Below the pieces are notes generated by a model that worked only from the letters and a program-made list of their open reading frames with translations, was not told where the DNA came from and did not search any database. A program made the translations under genes and the position numbers. 64,000 nucleotides of DNA from an uncultured Candidatus Poseidoniales archaeon (GTDB taxonomy: Archaea; Thermoplasmatota; Poseidoniia; Poseidoniales; Thalassarchaeaceae), in contig CACJKA010000004.1 of the NCBI GenBank assembly GCA_902593945.1, positions 13,434-77,433 of the forward strand, given 5' to 3'. This document shows, piece by piece, positions 9,098-19,423 of the stretch; the first letter of the stretch is position 1, and each line of letters opens with the position of its first letter.

Positions 9098-10690
9098 ATG
9101 GCAGCACCACGCGCCCTACTAAGTGTATGGGAAAAATCAGGAATAGAGTCCCTTGCAACTTCGTTGTCCGAAATGGGTTGGGAAATTCTGTCTACTGGAG
9201 GAACATCTCGAAAACTTAGGGAAGCGGGAATCAATGTAATTGATGTCAGTGAAGCGACAGGGCACCCAGAATGCTTTGACGGGAGAGTCAAAACCCTTCA
9301 CCCCGCTGTACATGGCGGCATTTTAGTGAGAAGAGATAGGGAAGATGATATGAAAACATTGGATGAATTGAATTACTCTACTATTGATTTAGTCTGTGTC
9401 AATCTATATCCATTCGAATCAGTTGCTGCAAAGGATCCTCCGGTACCCAATTCCGAATTAATTGAGATGATTGACATTGGAGGGCCGACAATGATTCGTT
9501 CGGCCGCTAAAAATCATAAAGATGTCTTAGTATTGACCAGCGATAAGCAATATCAAATGGTTATTGATGCACTAAAGGAAACCAACGGAAACCCCTCTCT
9601 AATTAATACGGAAATTAAACAAAAACTGGCTCTGGCTGCCTTCCAATGTACTGCAGCTTATGACGCTGCAGTTAGTACCGAATTAGAGAGACGATTCATA
9701 GGAGGAGAAACTCCGAACCAACTCAATTTCGCCTCAGAAAAAGGAATCCCTTTGAGATATGGTGAAAATCCTCACCAACCCGCATCCTTCTATCCAGCAT
9801 CTTCTTCTGCAGGTCCTAGTGGTTTGGCTGCGGCCATCCAACATGGAGGAAAAGCCCTATCTTTCAATAATTATTTGGATTTAGATGGGGCATTGAGAAT
9901 AGCTCGAGGATTGCTGAGAGATATGGACGAGAGCATGAATCATGGCTGTGTGATAATCAAGCACACAAATCCGTGTGGAGTAGCCATAGATTCCTCACAA
10001 AAAAGTGCTTGGAAAAATGCTTTAGCCAGCGATTCAGAAAGTGCATTTGGATGTGTTGTGGCCTTTACATCAATTGTACAAAAGGAAACAGCAGAAGAAA
10101 TTGGAGGGCATTTCTTAGAATGTATAATTGCACCCGGTTTCAGTGAAGAAGCTTTACAAATTTTATCTTCGAAGAAAAATCGCAGAATGCTTACACTAAC
10201 TAAATTTTTACCTAGAGATGATGAATTACGAATTAGACAGTTAGATGGCGGATGGGTTGCTCAAATCCAAGGCCCACCCAGTATTGACTGGTCATCTGTG
10301 AAATGTGTTACAAAGATACAAAGTTCTCCAGAATTGATATCATTAGCAAGATTTGGTTCAATAGTACTTTCCGAGGTCAAATCAAATTCAATAGTGCTGG
10401 TGTCCCAGACTAATACTGGATTTGCTACAGTAGGAGTCGGGCCTGGGCAAACGAGTAGAGTAGAGGCAGTACGAATAGCTGCAAGAAGAGCGGGCGATAG
10501 AGCGGTTGGCTCAATGATGGTTTCAGATGCCTTTTTCCCTTTCCGAGACGGCATTGACACTGCAAATGAGATTGGCGTCACTACAGTTGTACAACCAGGT
10601 GGCTCAATCAGAGATCAAGAGTGCATAGACGCAGCGAATGAACATGGAATTTCTATGCTCTTTACAGGTCAAAGATTATTTTTACATTGA
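9098..10690 (+). CDS. purH: bifunctional AICAR formyltransferase / IMP cyclohydrolase
   Basis: MGS-like N-terminus RALLSVWEKSGIESLA...STGGTSRKLREAGI, then GRVKTLHPAVHGGIL, DLVCVNLYPF and IDIGGPTMIRSAAKN. The C-terminal AICARFT part has YGENPHQ and FTGQRLFLH. The start was moved to the ATG at 9098 because the track start at 9047 adds an unlikely 17-aa extension overlapping the thermosome stop. Confidence 0.9.
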   Translation: MAAPRALLSVWEKSGIESLATSLSEMGWEILSTGGTSRKLREAGINVIDVSEATGHPECFDGRVKTLHPAVHGGILVRRDREDDMKTLDELNYSTIDLVCVNLYPFESVAAKDPPVPNSELIEMIDIGGPTMIRSAAKNHKDVLVLTSDKQYQMVIDALKETNGNPSLINTEIKQKLALAAFQCTAAYDAAVSTELERRFIGGETPNQLNFASEKGIPLRYGENPHQPASFYPASSSAGPSGLAAAIQHGGKALSFNNYLDLDGALRIARGLLRDMDESMNHGCVIIKHTNPCGVAIDSSQKSAWKNALASDSESAFGCVVAFTSIVQKETAEEIGGHFLECIIAPGFSEEALQILSSKKNRRMLTLTKFLPRDDELRIRQLDGGWVAQIQGPPSIDWSSVKCVTKIQSSPELISLARFGSIVLSEVKSNSIVLVSQTNTGFATVGVGPGQTSRVEAVRIAARRAGDRAVGSMMVSDAFFPFRDGIDTANEIGVTTVVQPGGSIRDQECIDAANEHGISMLFTGQRLFLH

Positions 10691-10757
10691 TATACCCATC
10701 TAAAAATATTGAGATATTATATGGAAAGTAGATTAATACAGGATACTTCCGTAAAAT

Positions 10758-11486
10758 ATGGAGGAGATATTACTCGTATCTTTAGGTGCCTTTTTTGCTG
10801 CTGCACTAACTGTACCTGCAGGTTTTGGTCTTTCCACAATACTAACTCCTTTGGTGCTTTTTTTACTGCCAGTTCATGAGGCAGTTGCAGTTGTAGCAGT
10901 GGTGCACTGTGCTCATAATGCTGGTAAATATGTTGCATTAAAAGAGGCAGTTGATTTTGAAGCGTTTAGAAGATATGGAATCTGGCTAGTTGTGGGATCT
11001 GTAATTGGAGCGTTGTTACAAAACCAAGTCCCTAATGATCCCCTACTCTTGTTAGTAGGGATATTCTTAGTAATATTACCTATTCTTACAATTAGTGAAA
11101 AATGGACGGGATATCGAATACCAGAAGCCAATGACAGATTAGGTGGTTTTGGTTCTGGGTTCATGGGGGGATTATCCGGCCATCAAGGAGCTCTAAGGGC
11201 GATGTTTCTTACAAGAAGATTGCCAGATAAGATGGCATATGCAGCAACAGCCAGTGTGTTAGCACTATGTGTAGATCTTTCAAGAATACCGGTATATTTC
11301 TTTTTCAGAACAGAAGAAATAGGTGATGAAATTACTCTAATAATTGTACTTGTAGTTTCGGCATTGATAGGTGTTAGAGTAGGGAAAAGATGGCTACAAT
11401 CTTTGAAATCAACTCATATTCATAACATGGTGATGTTTGGAATAATTTGTAGTGGAATGTTCTATATCTTTGAAGCGTTAAATTAA
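10758..11486 (+). CDS. TauE/SafE (TSUP, DUF81) family membrane transporter
   Basis: Polytopic membrane protein of 242 aa with a duplicated 4-TM architecture and GFGSGFMGGLSG / GALRAMFL motifs typical of TSUP. Confidence 0.7.
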   Translation: MEEILLVSLGAFFAAALTVPAGFGLSTILTPLVLFLLPVHEAVAVVAVVHCAHNAGKYVALKEAVDFEAFRRYGIWLVVGSVIGALLQNQVPNDPLLLLVGIFLVILPILTISEKWTGYRIPEANDRLGGFGSGFMGGLSGHQGALRAMFLTRRLPDKMAYAATASVLALCVDLSRIPVYFFFRTEEIGDEITLIIVLVVSALIGVRVGKRWLQSLKSTHIHNMVMFGIICSGMFYIFEALN

Positions 11487-11677
11487 TCGCCTCTTTTATT
11501 TTTTAATGCTTTCACCAACTCTTCCAAATTTTCAAAAATTATAGTTACTACACTGATATGATTACAATCTTGACATATGAAACGTTTACCTGTTTCGTAA
11601 CCCATATATGGAACAATCCGAGGGCTAAAGCAGTTTGAACACACTTCAATGTCTCTTAATTCCTTATCAGTCCCCAT
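11483..11677 (-). CDS. small zinc-ribbon protein
   Basis: CSNC...x17...CQDC four-Cys ribbon. The start is placed at MGTDKEL (11677) to avoid overlap with the upstream gene. The track ORF extends to 11749. Confidence 0.4.
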   Translation of the reverse strand: MGTDKELRDIEVCSNCFSPRIVPYMGYETGKRFICQDCNHISVVTIIFENLEELVKALKNKRGD

Positions 11678-11687
11678 ATTATCAGAC

Positions 11688-12488
11688 CTATTCATTAGAT
11701 TGCCTAAATAATCGAACCGCAGACATCTTCTTTTGAATATTTGACTCAATTAAGCTACAAACTTCTTCCACATTTTTTGCTTTCAAGGACAATATTTGAC
11801 CCTCAACAGAATCAATAATTAATGCGGTCAATTTCCATAATGATTTAACATCCGGGCTAGGAAACATATTATTCACTTCATTATCAATGTCAAGATCTGT
11901 AACATCCATCTGATTTATTTGCGCTATAATTTCAATATATGATTTCCAAAGAGAAAGTAAGTAATTCCAGCGTTTAGTATCAATTTCTCCTATGAGATCT
12001 GGTATCAATTCAACAATTCCTCTGACGTATAGTTTCCCTTCAGGAAACTCCTCGATATATTCTTCGACCAGTTCATCAACTGAAGGGAATATGCTATTGA
12101 AGAATTCTGGCTCCAAAGCCGGCTCAATAAGTGAGTTGATACGGAATCTTCTTCCTCCATTTGCTAGATATAGTAAATTAGACCCTTGCTCCTGAAATTG
12201 ATCAATTTCCACCAATACTCCAACATCATAAGGTACAGACACTCCATTCAATTCAGGCATTGATGGATTTGAAATAACATGCCCATAAGGCAACCCGTCC
12301 AACACAATATCATCAAGCATCTGCTTATATCTTGGCTCAAAGACCCTCATCATCATTTGATCTTCTGGCAGAAGAAATGTATCGAGTGTGAACAAAGGAA
12401 CAATGGCCTCCTCTTCTTTCAAGTTAGGTATATTGCTAGAATTAAAAATTTCCATCTTCTGCCCTCCTGCTAACAATCGCCCCCGCAA
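11688..12488 (-). CDS. LON N-terminal (substrate-binding) domain protein
   Basis: IVPLFTLDTFLLPEDQMMMRVFEPRYKQMLDD matches the LON_substr_bdg N-domain pattern (PLFPL...P...L.IFEPRY..M). There is no AAA or protease domain. The start may be the internal ATG at 12455. Confidence 0.7.
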   Translation of the reverse strand: MRGRLLAGGQKMEIFNSSNIPNLKEEEAIVPLFTLDTFLLPEDQMMMRVFEPRYKQMLDDIVLDGLPYGHVISNPSMPELNGVSVPYDVGVLVEIDQFQEQGSNLLYLANGGRRFRINSLIEPALEPEFFNSIFPSVDELVEEYIEEFPEGKLYVRGIVELIPDLIGEIDTKRWNYLLSLWKSYIEIIAQINQMDVTDLDIDNEVNNMFPSPDVKSLWKLTALIIDSVEGQILSLKAKNVEEVCSLIESNIQKKMSAVRLFRQSNE

Positions 12489-12945
12489 TTAATGAAGTAA
12501 CTAGTAACATCATAGAGAAACCAGGTACTGATTTCTCTTCTTTTTTCTCTTCTTCTTCAGTTACTATTATCGGATTAACTATAATTTTCCCAACCATATT
12601 TGCTGACTCATGGGGTTCACAAACAAAATCATAGGTTCCATTTGTTCCAACTTCGAATTTAAATGAATAATCGACATCTCTTTCAGGGTCTCCTGAATCA
12701 AAGATACCATTTTTTTCTACTGCGTTGTGAGCTAAAAGTTGTCCTTGCCAGAAGAAACGAACAATATCTCCTTCAGTAATTGTCACTTCAGAAGGTGAAA
12801 ATTGTAAATTTGTACTATCTACAGTAATGATGACTTCTTCTTCAAGAACAATATTCTCTCCTTCTTCTGATATTACTGAGGTACTAATAGTAGTACTTAA
12901 TAAAAACAAGAGTAGCAAAACATAAGTCAAAAAGACCGATTTCAT
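12442..12945 (-). CDS. type-1 (blue) copper protein, plastocyanin/halocyanin-like, membrane anchored
   Basis: Signal peptide, cupredoxin ligands LLAHNAV ... FVCEPHESANMVGKI (His, Cys, His, Met), and a C-terminal TM FSMMLLVTSLIAGAIV. Confidence 0.75.
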   Translation of the reverse strand: MKSVFLTYVLLLLFLLSTTISTSVISEEGENIVLEEEVIITVDSTNLQFSPSEVTITEGDIVRFFWQGQLLAHNAVEKNGIFDSGDPERDVDYSFKFEVGTNGTYDFVCEPHESANMVGKIIVNPIIVTEEEEKKEEKSVPGFSMMLLVTSLIAGAIVSRRAEDGNF

Positions 12946-13002
12946 ATATACTGAGATTAGAATTGACGTATGAAGTAATGTTTTATTATTTCTGTGAAAA
13001 TT

Positions 13003-13506
13003 TCATTTTCGAGTCTTAACTTTCATTCCGACATACCAAATACCAATTAATCCCACTACCAGTATCGTTGCTGTTCCGAAACCGGGATCTGCTCCATTCC
13101 ATGAAGAAACATTATTCCATGTTCCATCTCCTTTTGTAGACACTAGCCATACAAAATAAGACGAGATAGAAGTCATTACTAAAATCATAATCGCCACACT
13201 ATACTTAGCATGTTTAGGTATTGTTTTCCCCGTAGCATAGTAATCAAAAATGGCATTTCCAAAATAGGGATTAGTCAAAGTTTTTCTAAATAATTTTTCA
13301 CTAGACAATGAAAATAAGAACGCAGCAGGTACTGCCCACGATACCGTAGGCCAACCAGGAACCCATATCCCAATTATTGCAAAAAGAATGAATAATAAGC
13401 CCGTACCTATGTATAATTTGCTTTTCAAAGGGCTGCTAGAAACACAGTATTTTTCGACCACTTGGTCTACAGTTTCTAATCTGTCCATAGAACTCCGACC
13501 TATCAT
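13003..13506 (-). CDS. DUF454 (YbaN-like) membrane protein
   Basis: LLFILFAIIGIWVPGWPTVSWAVPAAFLFSLSSEKLFRKTL resembles the YbaN family N-terminus. About 4 TM helices. Confidence 0.55.
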   Translation of the reverse strand: MIGRSSMDRLETVDQVVEKYCVSSSPLKSKLYIGTGLLFILFAIIGIWVPGWPTVSWAVPAAFLFSLSSEKLFRKTLTNPYFGNAIFDYYATGKTIPKHAKYSVAIMILVMTSISSYFVWLVSTKGDGTWNNVSSWNGADPGFGTATILVVGLIGIWYVGMKVKTRK

Positions 13507-13580
13507 TATGACATAAATGAATATGTTTTAGTTCTCCTACAATTGCAAACTCTCAAGCGGAAACACTCTTTCCGACATGT

Positions 13581-14210
13581 ATGAGTGAACCATACCTACC
13601 CCCTCGTAAAGGTTCAATCAAAAATCCATTACGAATTGCAGTTCTAATTTCTGGTAGTGGTTCAGGTTTACTAGCTTTACTTAATCACCAGCAATCAAAC
13701 CAAAGTCCCCATATTACAAAATTAATTATTTCAGATAATATAAATGCTGGAGGATTACGATATGGGGAAGATTTTGGCATTCCAGCGGTAGCAATTTCTT
13801 TACCAGATTCAGTTTCTAAAATTGAACAGAGAATAATGCATGAGAATTTAATTCATGATAAGTTAATGAATTATGATATTGAACTTGTGGTTTTGAGTGG
13901 CTACATGAGAATTTTGACTTCCACATTCGTAAGCAAGTGGAAAGGTCGGCTGATCAATATTCATCCATCTTTATTGCCAAAATATCCGGGTGCTCATGCT
14001 CACCGAGACGCATTAGCAGATGGTGCTAATATGACTGGTTGTACAGTACATTTAGTCGATGAAGGAGTCGATACCGGGGAGATAATTGCCCAAGAAGAAG
14101 TCGAAATATTAGATGGAGATACAATAGAGGAATTACAGGAGAGGGTTAAAAAAATCGAACATCAATTATACCCAAAAGTTCTGGACACTTTCTGCTCAAA
14201 AGGTGTTTGA
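13581..14210 (+). CDS. purN: phosphoribosylglycinamide formyltransferase
   Basis: IAVLISGSGSGL, VLSGYMRIL, INIHPSLLPKYPGAHAHRDAL and GCTVHLVDEGVDTGEIIAQ. Confidence 0.9.
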   Translation: MSEPYLPPRKGSIKNPLRIAVLISGSGSGLLALLNHQQSNQSPHITKLIISDNINAGGLRYGEDFGIPAVAISLPDSVSKIEQRIMHENLIHDKLMNYDIELVVLSGYMRILTSTFVSKWKGRLINIHPSLLPKYPGAHAHRDALADGANMTGCTVHLVDEGVDTGEIIAQEEVEILDGDTIEELQERVKKIEHQLYPKVLDTFCSKGV

Positions 14211-14211
14211 A

Positions 14212-14970
14212 TTAGAAGCATTTCTGTAAAATCTCTTCTTTAGAAATTTCTTTAAATTTCCCACTTTGTACGTTATAATTTTCTAAAACCAAATCTCCAA
14301 TCGCCAAACGATGTATTGAAACTACATAGTTGCCTAATGTATCGAACATTCTTCGAATCTGCCTTTTCTTTCCTTCATCAATTGTCAATATCGCGGCGTC
14401 CACATCTTGAAGAGTTATTCTAGCGGGCTTTGAAATGTATTCTTCAGTATGATATTCTTCAACTATCTTTATCGCAATTCCTTTTCTAATAGCTGTAATT
14501 TCTTCTTCAGTAATTTCTAAATCGGTTTTAACAAAGTATTTTTTTGGGATATGATTTTCAGGATTTGTTATTTTTTCTACTATTTTTCCATCAGTAGTTA
14601 CCAATAACAGTCCGGTAGTGTCTTCATCTAATCTCCCAACTGTGACTAATGATTGATAGATATTTTTCGATAGTCGGTTTTCAAATAATTCGAATATAGA
14701 TTTTTTCCCCAACTCTTTTTCTTGACTATTCAATCTGGAGCAAATATATCCTGATGGTTTATTTACTAAGAAATAATGGTTTATTGTAGGTAATTTTAGT
14801 ATTTTACCTCGGTAAGATACAATTTTTGTATTCGGATTAAATTCAAACTTAATATTCTTCACTATTGAATTATTAATCTGAATTTCTCCATTCCATATTG
14901 CTTCTTTGATATCTCTTTTAGAGGAAAAATCACCACATTTAGAGAGAAATTGATGTAATCTTATTTTCAT
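14212..14970 (-). CDS. pseudouridine synthase, RsuA/RluB family with S4 domain
   Basis: N-terminal S4-like RLHQFLSKCG..SKRDIKEAIWNGEIQINN, catalytic motif GRLDEDTTGLLLVTTDG, and GKKRQIRRMF. Confidence 0.85.
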   Translation of the reverse strand: MKIRLHQFLSKCGDFSSKRDIKEAIWNGEIQINNSIVKNIKFEFNPNTKIVSYRGKILKLPTINHYFLVNKPSGYICSRLNSQEKELGKKSIFELFENRLSKNIYQSLVTVGRLDEDTTGLLLVTTDGKIVEKITNPENHIPKKYFVKTDLEITEEEITAIRKGIAIKIVEEYHTEEYISKPARITLQDVDAAILTIDEGKKRQIRRMFDTLGNYVVSIHRLAIGDLVLENYNVQSGKFKEISKEEILQKCF

Positions 14971-16451
14971 ATATCGGTACCAAATTCAACTAAATTACCA
15001 ACTGATTCGAACAGGCTCGGGCCACTCCCCAAGTAATACATGGCTCCTGTTTTACTGCGCGAATCTTCTGGTTGAGAATTATTTCCTGTAGCACAAACTC
15101 CGGTACATCCGTCAGCGAATGCAACGTATACCCTGCCATCCTTATCTATATGTAAATCATTAAAATCTAGTAAGTTTCTATTTGATCCGCCAATATCTCT
15201 ACAATCTCCACTATTGAGGCATATGCTTCCGATTTGCACTGGATCAGGAGAAACTCTCATGGTATGGAAAATAGGATTCGCATCTAGCGCATTAAGACTG
15301 TATGTTATATACAAATGATAACTTACATTACTATTGGCGTAATGAGGATTTCCATCCCATTCTTGACCGTCAATATCTAGCCTCCCCAACTCACTTGAGT
15401 TCTCACTACCCAGGTATGTTATTGCAATGCGCCCCGGATCTCCGGCATCAATCTGGGGAAAAGTCGTAGATATTACTTCAATAGGACTGATTCGTGCACT
15501 TTCTTGTTCCCAAGTTTCTCCTGAATCAGTGCTTCTTGACAGATATATGCCAAAATCACCTCCAGTCCAAATATGATAAGCATTAGAAGCTGAATCAGTA
15601 GCAACTTCAGAATTTTTTCTTGGATATGGCGTTCCAACATCTTCACCCATTGTACGAGTTTCCCAAGAGTATCCATTATCCTTTGAGAAAATTATCGCAG
15701 GAGTTTCTACTCTTGGAGTAACATATACTGTGCCATCAGGAGCGGTCGTAATCGCTCCATGCAAACCGCCATCTCCAGTTGCTAATCCAAAAATTTGTCC
15801 ACCAACTTCGAATGTCGCGCCGCCGTTAAAACTGGTATGGCAAAATATACCAAGTAATTTATTGTAACAAAAGTATACTGCCTGCTCATAAATTGGAGAC
15901 AAACCACCTGGAATTCCATATCCTTCATCGACCCAAGGTCCTGTTGCGAGTTTGATGTGGTCATTTAATGGAATTGGGCCGGAATCATGTGGATTACCTA
16001 ACCAACTTTCCCCATCATTATCAGACCACCCTATCCATGTTGATTCCAAACCCATCATGTGTATGTTGAATACACGATCAGTAACTGGGTCGACCCAGCC
16101 ATATGGGTCACTGGTGAACGGTGCTTGAGTGATATCTGCAACATTATTCCAAGTCAGACCATGATCACATGAACGCATTGGCTTTTCTAATGCAATAAAG
16201 AATATACAACCACTAGATGTAATTCCGATACTGGGCTCAGGGCCATCTTCTCCCACATCACTGAATACAAAGTTTAGAGGCAAAGGAGGAAGTTCTACAG
16301 GCAAACCTTCTGAGTTTGTAACGAAAACACGAGTATCTTCTTCAGTTTCATCAATAACTTTTTGATTATCATTATCTAAATGTAAACATCCAGAAAGTGT
16401 CATTGCACACATCATTAGGCTGACAAGAATAGCACGTGTGCGAGAACTCAT
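14967..16451 (-). CDS. secreted BNR/Asp-box repeat (sialidase-fold-like) lipoprotein
   Basis: Signal with lipobox LSGC. Repeated Asp-boxes: SCDHGLTW, SDNDGESW, SFNGGATF, SKDNGYSW and STDSGETW. Confidence 0.7.
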   Translation of the reverse strand: MSSRTRAILVSLMMCAMTLSGCLHLDNDNQKVIDETEEDTRVFVTNSEGLPVELPPLPLNFVFSDVGEDGPEPSIGITSSGCIFFIALEKPMRSCDHGLTWNNVADITQAPFTSDPYGWVDPVTDRVFNIHMMGLESTWIGWSDNDGESWLGNPHDSGPIPLNDHIKLATGPWVDEGYGIPGGLSPIYEQAVYFCYNKLLGIFCHTSFNGGATFEVGGQIFGLATGDGGLHGAITTAPDGTVYVTPRVETPAIIFSKDNGYSWETRTMGEDVGTPYPRKNSEVATDSASNAYHIWTGGDFGIYLSRSTDSGETWEQESARISPIEVISTTFPQIDAGDPGRIAITYLGSENSSELGRLDIDGQEWDGNPHYANSNVSYHLYITYSLNALDANPIFHTMRVSPDPVQIGSICLNSGDCRDIGGSNRNLLDFNDLHIDKDGRVYVAFADGCTGVCATGNNSQPEDSRSKTGAMYYLGSGPSLFESVGNLVEFGTDI

Positions 16452-16549
16452 ATCACTGCCCTGATAGAGGATTATGTTATTCTTTCCTTTTTGGGTTATT
16501 CTGTCGTGCAGGGGATTGCTTCTTAAGTAATTGATTATTCGTTTTTAAT

Positions 16550-18058
16550 ATGAATAGAATAATCGTTGCCTTAGCCAGTCTTTTAATTGTGACAACACCT
16601 CTTGCTGGATGCCTTGATGAAGCTACTTTGGAAGAAATAATCGACGATATTGTCGGTTGTATGGATACTCAAGCAAAAAACTATGATGAAAACGCTACTA
16701 CAGAACTTGTAGGTAACTGTATTTATGCAGCATCGATGGAAGCGTTCATGGATGCAATGAACCAAGAGATAGACATTCAATCCATGCTGAATCAAAGCAC
16801 AACTGCAGGTTATTCAATGTCAATGACGGCCCCCATGGGCGATGAATTGGAAGGTATGGGTGACGTACTAATTGAAGAAACTGTGATGGTCAATATGTCT
16901 GCAAATGCAGCGCACGTCTCTATTGCAATGAGTATCCCAATGGTATTTTCTTCTACAACAACAATGATACAAGTTGGAGAGGTTGTTAATGTGCATCACA
17001 AGTTGGATGGCGCGTTGGTTACTGAAATGGACGCAGAAACTATTGATGAAAAATATCAGACTAGAGACATGGTCCCTAATGTAATGGATTGGGTGATTCC
17101 AATGTTAGCTGACTCAATGGCTAGTGACATGGGCAGCGATTCAGAAGATACAGAAGACGATTTATTTGATGATGATTGGGATATGGATTCTGCAACAATT
17201 TCAGTAAGTTTCGATTCAGTAACAAACAGCCAAACAATGGACTTATCCACAGCTATGGATAATGGATCTATGATGAATCTTTCAGTTAAGATTGATGAGA
17301 ACTCAGAATTAATGTCATATTCGATGGTTATGACTGACGAAAATGGTTCTTCTATGCATATGTCTTATGCTTTGATGTGGGGCGATGCTGTAGTAATTAC
17401 AGTAGATCAAACTCTCCCGAAGACAGCAATTCCAGTACACTGGGATGGCTTGCCTGATTTCAATAATCATGATGATGACTGGGACGATGATGACGACGAG
17501 CCCGATATGTTCGTTTGCGATAATGGAAATGAGATTCCAATGGACTGGGTAAATGATGGAATGGATGATTGTGGTGATAATTCAGATGAGTATGATAACG
17601 ATGATTCAGATGACGGCGATCATGACCATGATAATGACGACGGTGATGAAGACGACTGGAATGAAGAACCTAGAGATTTATTCCTTACTGTAGCCAACAA
17701 TCAAACCTTTGAGGCACCGTTGAGTGACTTCTCCATCCAATTCTTATCTTGTCATTCAGACGCTAGATCTGATTGTAATGTTGAAGAGAGCTCAAGTTTG
17801 ACTGAACTAACAGGTCAAATGGGTGATTCTAACTATACTTATGTAGATGTAGATGCAGATGGTATGATTTCCGCAGGAGATACATTAGAGATTACAAGCA
17901 TGGATCCAAGCTATGACTTTGATTTGTATGATTCTTGGTCTGATAGTTATGTTTCTGATTCAGGCGTCAATGGACCAAATATGCCTGGATTTGGAGGTAT
18001 TCTTGCAACTATCAGTATGCTAGCTGCAGCATTTTTACTACCACGAAGAGATGATTGA
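16550..18058 (+). CDS. highly acidic secreted protein with LDL-receptor-class-A-like Ca-binding motif and PGF-CTERM anchor signal
   Basis: Lipobox-like LAGC at the N-terminus. Poly-Asp tracts DDDWDDDDDEPD and DNDDSDDGDHDHDNDDGDEDD. CDNGNEIPMDWVNDGMDDCGDNSDE matches the D-x-x-D-C-x-D-x-S-D-E cage. C-terminal MPGFGGILATISMLAAAFLLPRRDD matches PGF + TM + basic tail. Confidence 0.65.
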   Translation: MNRIIVALASLLIVTTPLAGCLDEATLEEIIDDIVGCMDTQAKNYDENATTELVGNCIYAASMEAFMDAMNQEIDIQSMLNQSTTAGYSMSMTAPMGDELEGMGDVLIEETVMVNMSANAAHVSIAMSIPMVFSSTTTMIQVGEVVNVHHKLDGALVTEMDAETIDEKYQTRDMVPNVMDWVIPMLADSMASDMGSDSEDTEDDLFDDDWDMDSATISVSFDSVTNSQTMDLSTAMDNGSMMNLSVKIDENSELMSYSMVMTDENGSSMHMSYALMWGDAVVITVDQTLPKTAIPVHWDGLPDFNNHDDDWDDDDDEPDMFVCDNGNEIPMDWVNDGMDDCGDNSDEYDNDDSDDGDHDHDNDDGDEDDWNEEPRDLFLTVANNQTFEAPLSDFSIQFLSCHSDARSDCNVEESSSLTELTGQMGDSNYTYVDVDADGMISAGDTLEITSMDPSYDFDLYDSWSDSYVSDSGVNGPNMPGFGGILATISMLAAAFLLPRRDD

Positions 18059-18059
18059 A

Positions 18060-18533
18060 CTATTCATCATCGAATACTTCGATCTCTGCGTTACGTTTCA
18101 CTAGATCTGTAAATTTGGAAGTGTAGCGGGTGGCTCTAACAACATGATTATCAATCCAGTGATAGTTTCCTCCACGTGGTTTCCCCATTAGTAATGAATG
18201 ATAGTTGAATCCTTTTTCATGAAGCCACTTTTCTGTGACATTTCTATGATCTTCAGTCCTCGCCGTAAAGAAGCAGATATGGTGACCTTCAATGTACCAT
18301 CTGTTAATAGTTTCAATGGCATCTGGATAAGCTTCTGCTGTTACCATTCTTTCAGGCTCTTCATTTGGTATATCTTCACCTACTGTTCCATCAATATCGA
18401 TAAGATAATTCTTTTTCCCAGCAGGTAATATAGGGCTTACTCTATTTCCTCCCTCATCCAAGGTCTCTACTAGCTTATTCATACTTAGCGCCCTGTAATA
18501 GTGTTCTTGAATTAGACCATTCATGGGTATCAA
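18060..18533 (-). CDS. HAD-superfamily phosphatase-like protein
   Basis: DxDGT nucleophile motif LIDIDGTVG, FFTARTE (motif II Thr region) and MGKPRGG...IDN. Confidence 0.55.
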   Translation of the reverse strand: MIPMNGLIQEHYYRALSMNKLVETLDEGGNRVSPILPAGKKNYLIDIDGTVGEDIPNEEPERMVTAEAYPDAIETINRWYIEGHHICFFTARTEDHRNVTEKWLHEKGFNYHSLLMGKPRGGNYHWIDNHVVRATRYTSKFTDLVKRNAEIEVFDDE

Positions 18534-19422
18534 AATTACCGTTTTATGGAAATCAACATTCCTGATAATTACATTTTATATCCGCATTCCGAAGCATTAT
18601 GAACGGAACCTGAGACGGAGTGCCGTGCCAGGAGCATATGACAGGAGCCGTAAATCTGCTGTAGTCAGAAGTATTTCTTCTAATTTCAGCAAAGCTCTCT
18701 CTAGTTATTTCGGCACAAAAACACCTAACCAAGAAGAAGCCAAAGGGTCTCATAATGCATATGTCACCGCTCTTAGAGCCCACGGAACAGAAGTAACTGT
18801 TTTACCAGAATTATCCGCTTTTCCAGATAGTTGTTTCGTTGAGGATACTGCTGTAATGGTGGACGGTAAGGCAATAATACCCAACATGGGGCACCCCTCT
18901 AGGGAAGGAGAACAACAGGCAGTAATGGATCACATGAGTAATTTTGCTGAAATTATTCGAATGCCGAAGGGAGCAAAATTAGATGGTGGAGACATAGTAT
19001 TCTTTGATGACAGATACCTTGTCGGTATTTCAACAAGAACAAATAAAGAAGGTGCAGATTTCCTTTCTAATTTTATCAAAGAGGACGGATATGATGTCGA
19101 ATTAATCAATGTCCCCGAGACTACTTTACATTTGACAACAGTGTGTTCATCTCCTAGAGAAGGTACTATTATTGCTGCAGAAGGACATCTCAAAGAAAAT
19201 CAGATTTCACACTTTGCTGAAGAAATTATTTGGATACCAAATAACGAAAGTTATGCATCTAACACGATTGGATATTCAAATGATAGGCTAATTGTTGCAG
19301 GAGGTTTCCCTAAAACAAAGAATATTCTTCAAAATGAGGGCTTCAGACTGATGTCCGTTGATATGGAACCAATAATGCAAGCAGACGGTTCACTTACGTG
19401 CCTATCTGTTTTCACTTCTTGA
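18523..19422 (+). CDS. dimethylarginine dimethylaminohydrolase / amidinotransferase family protein
   Basis: FVEDTAVMVDGKAII, DGGDIVFFDDRYLVGISTRTN, LHLTTVCS and the C-terminal catalytic Cys context DGSLTCLSVF. The N-terminal 30 aa of the track ORF look non-native, so the true start is uncertain. Confidence 0.7.
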   Translation: MGIKITVLWKSTFLIITFYIRIPKHYERNLRRSAVPGAYDRSRKSAVVRSISSNFSKALSSYFGTKTPNQEEAKGSHNAYVTALRAHGTEVTVLPELSAFPDSCFVEDTAVMVDGKAIIPNMGHPSREGEQQAVMDHMSNFAEIIRMPKGAKLDGGDIVFFDDRYLVGISTRTNKEGADFLSNFIKEDGYDVELINVPETTLHLTTVCSSPREGTIIAAEGHLKENQISHFAEEIIWIPNNESYASNTIGYSNDRLIVAGGFPKTKNILQNEGFRLMSVDMEPIMQADGSLTCLSVFTS

Positions 19423-19423
19423 A

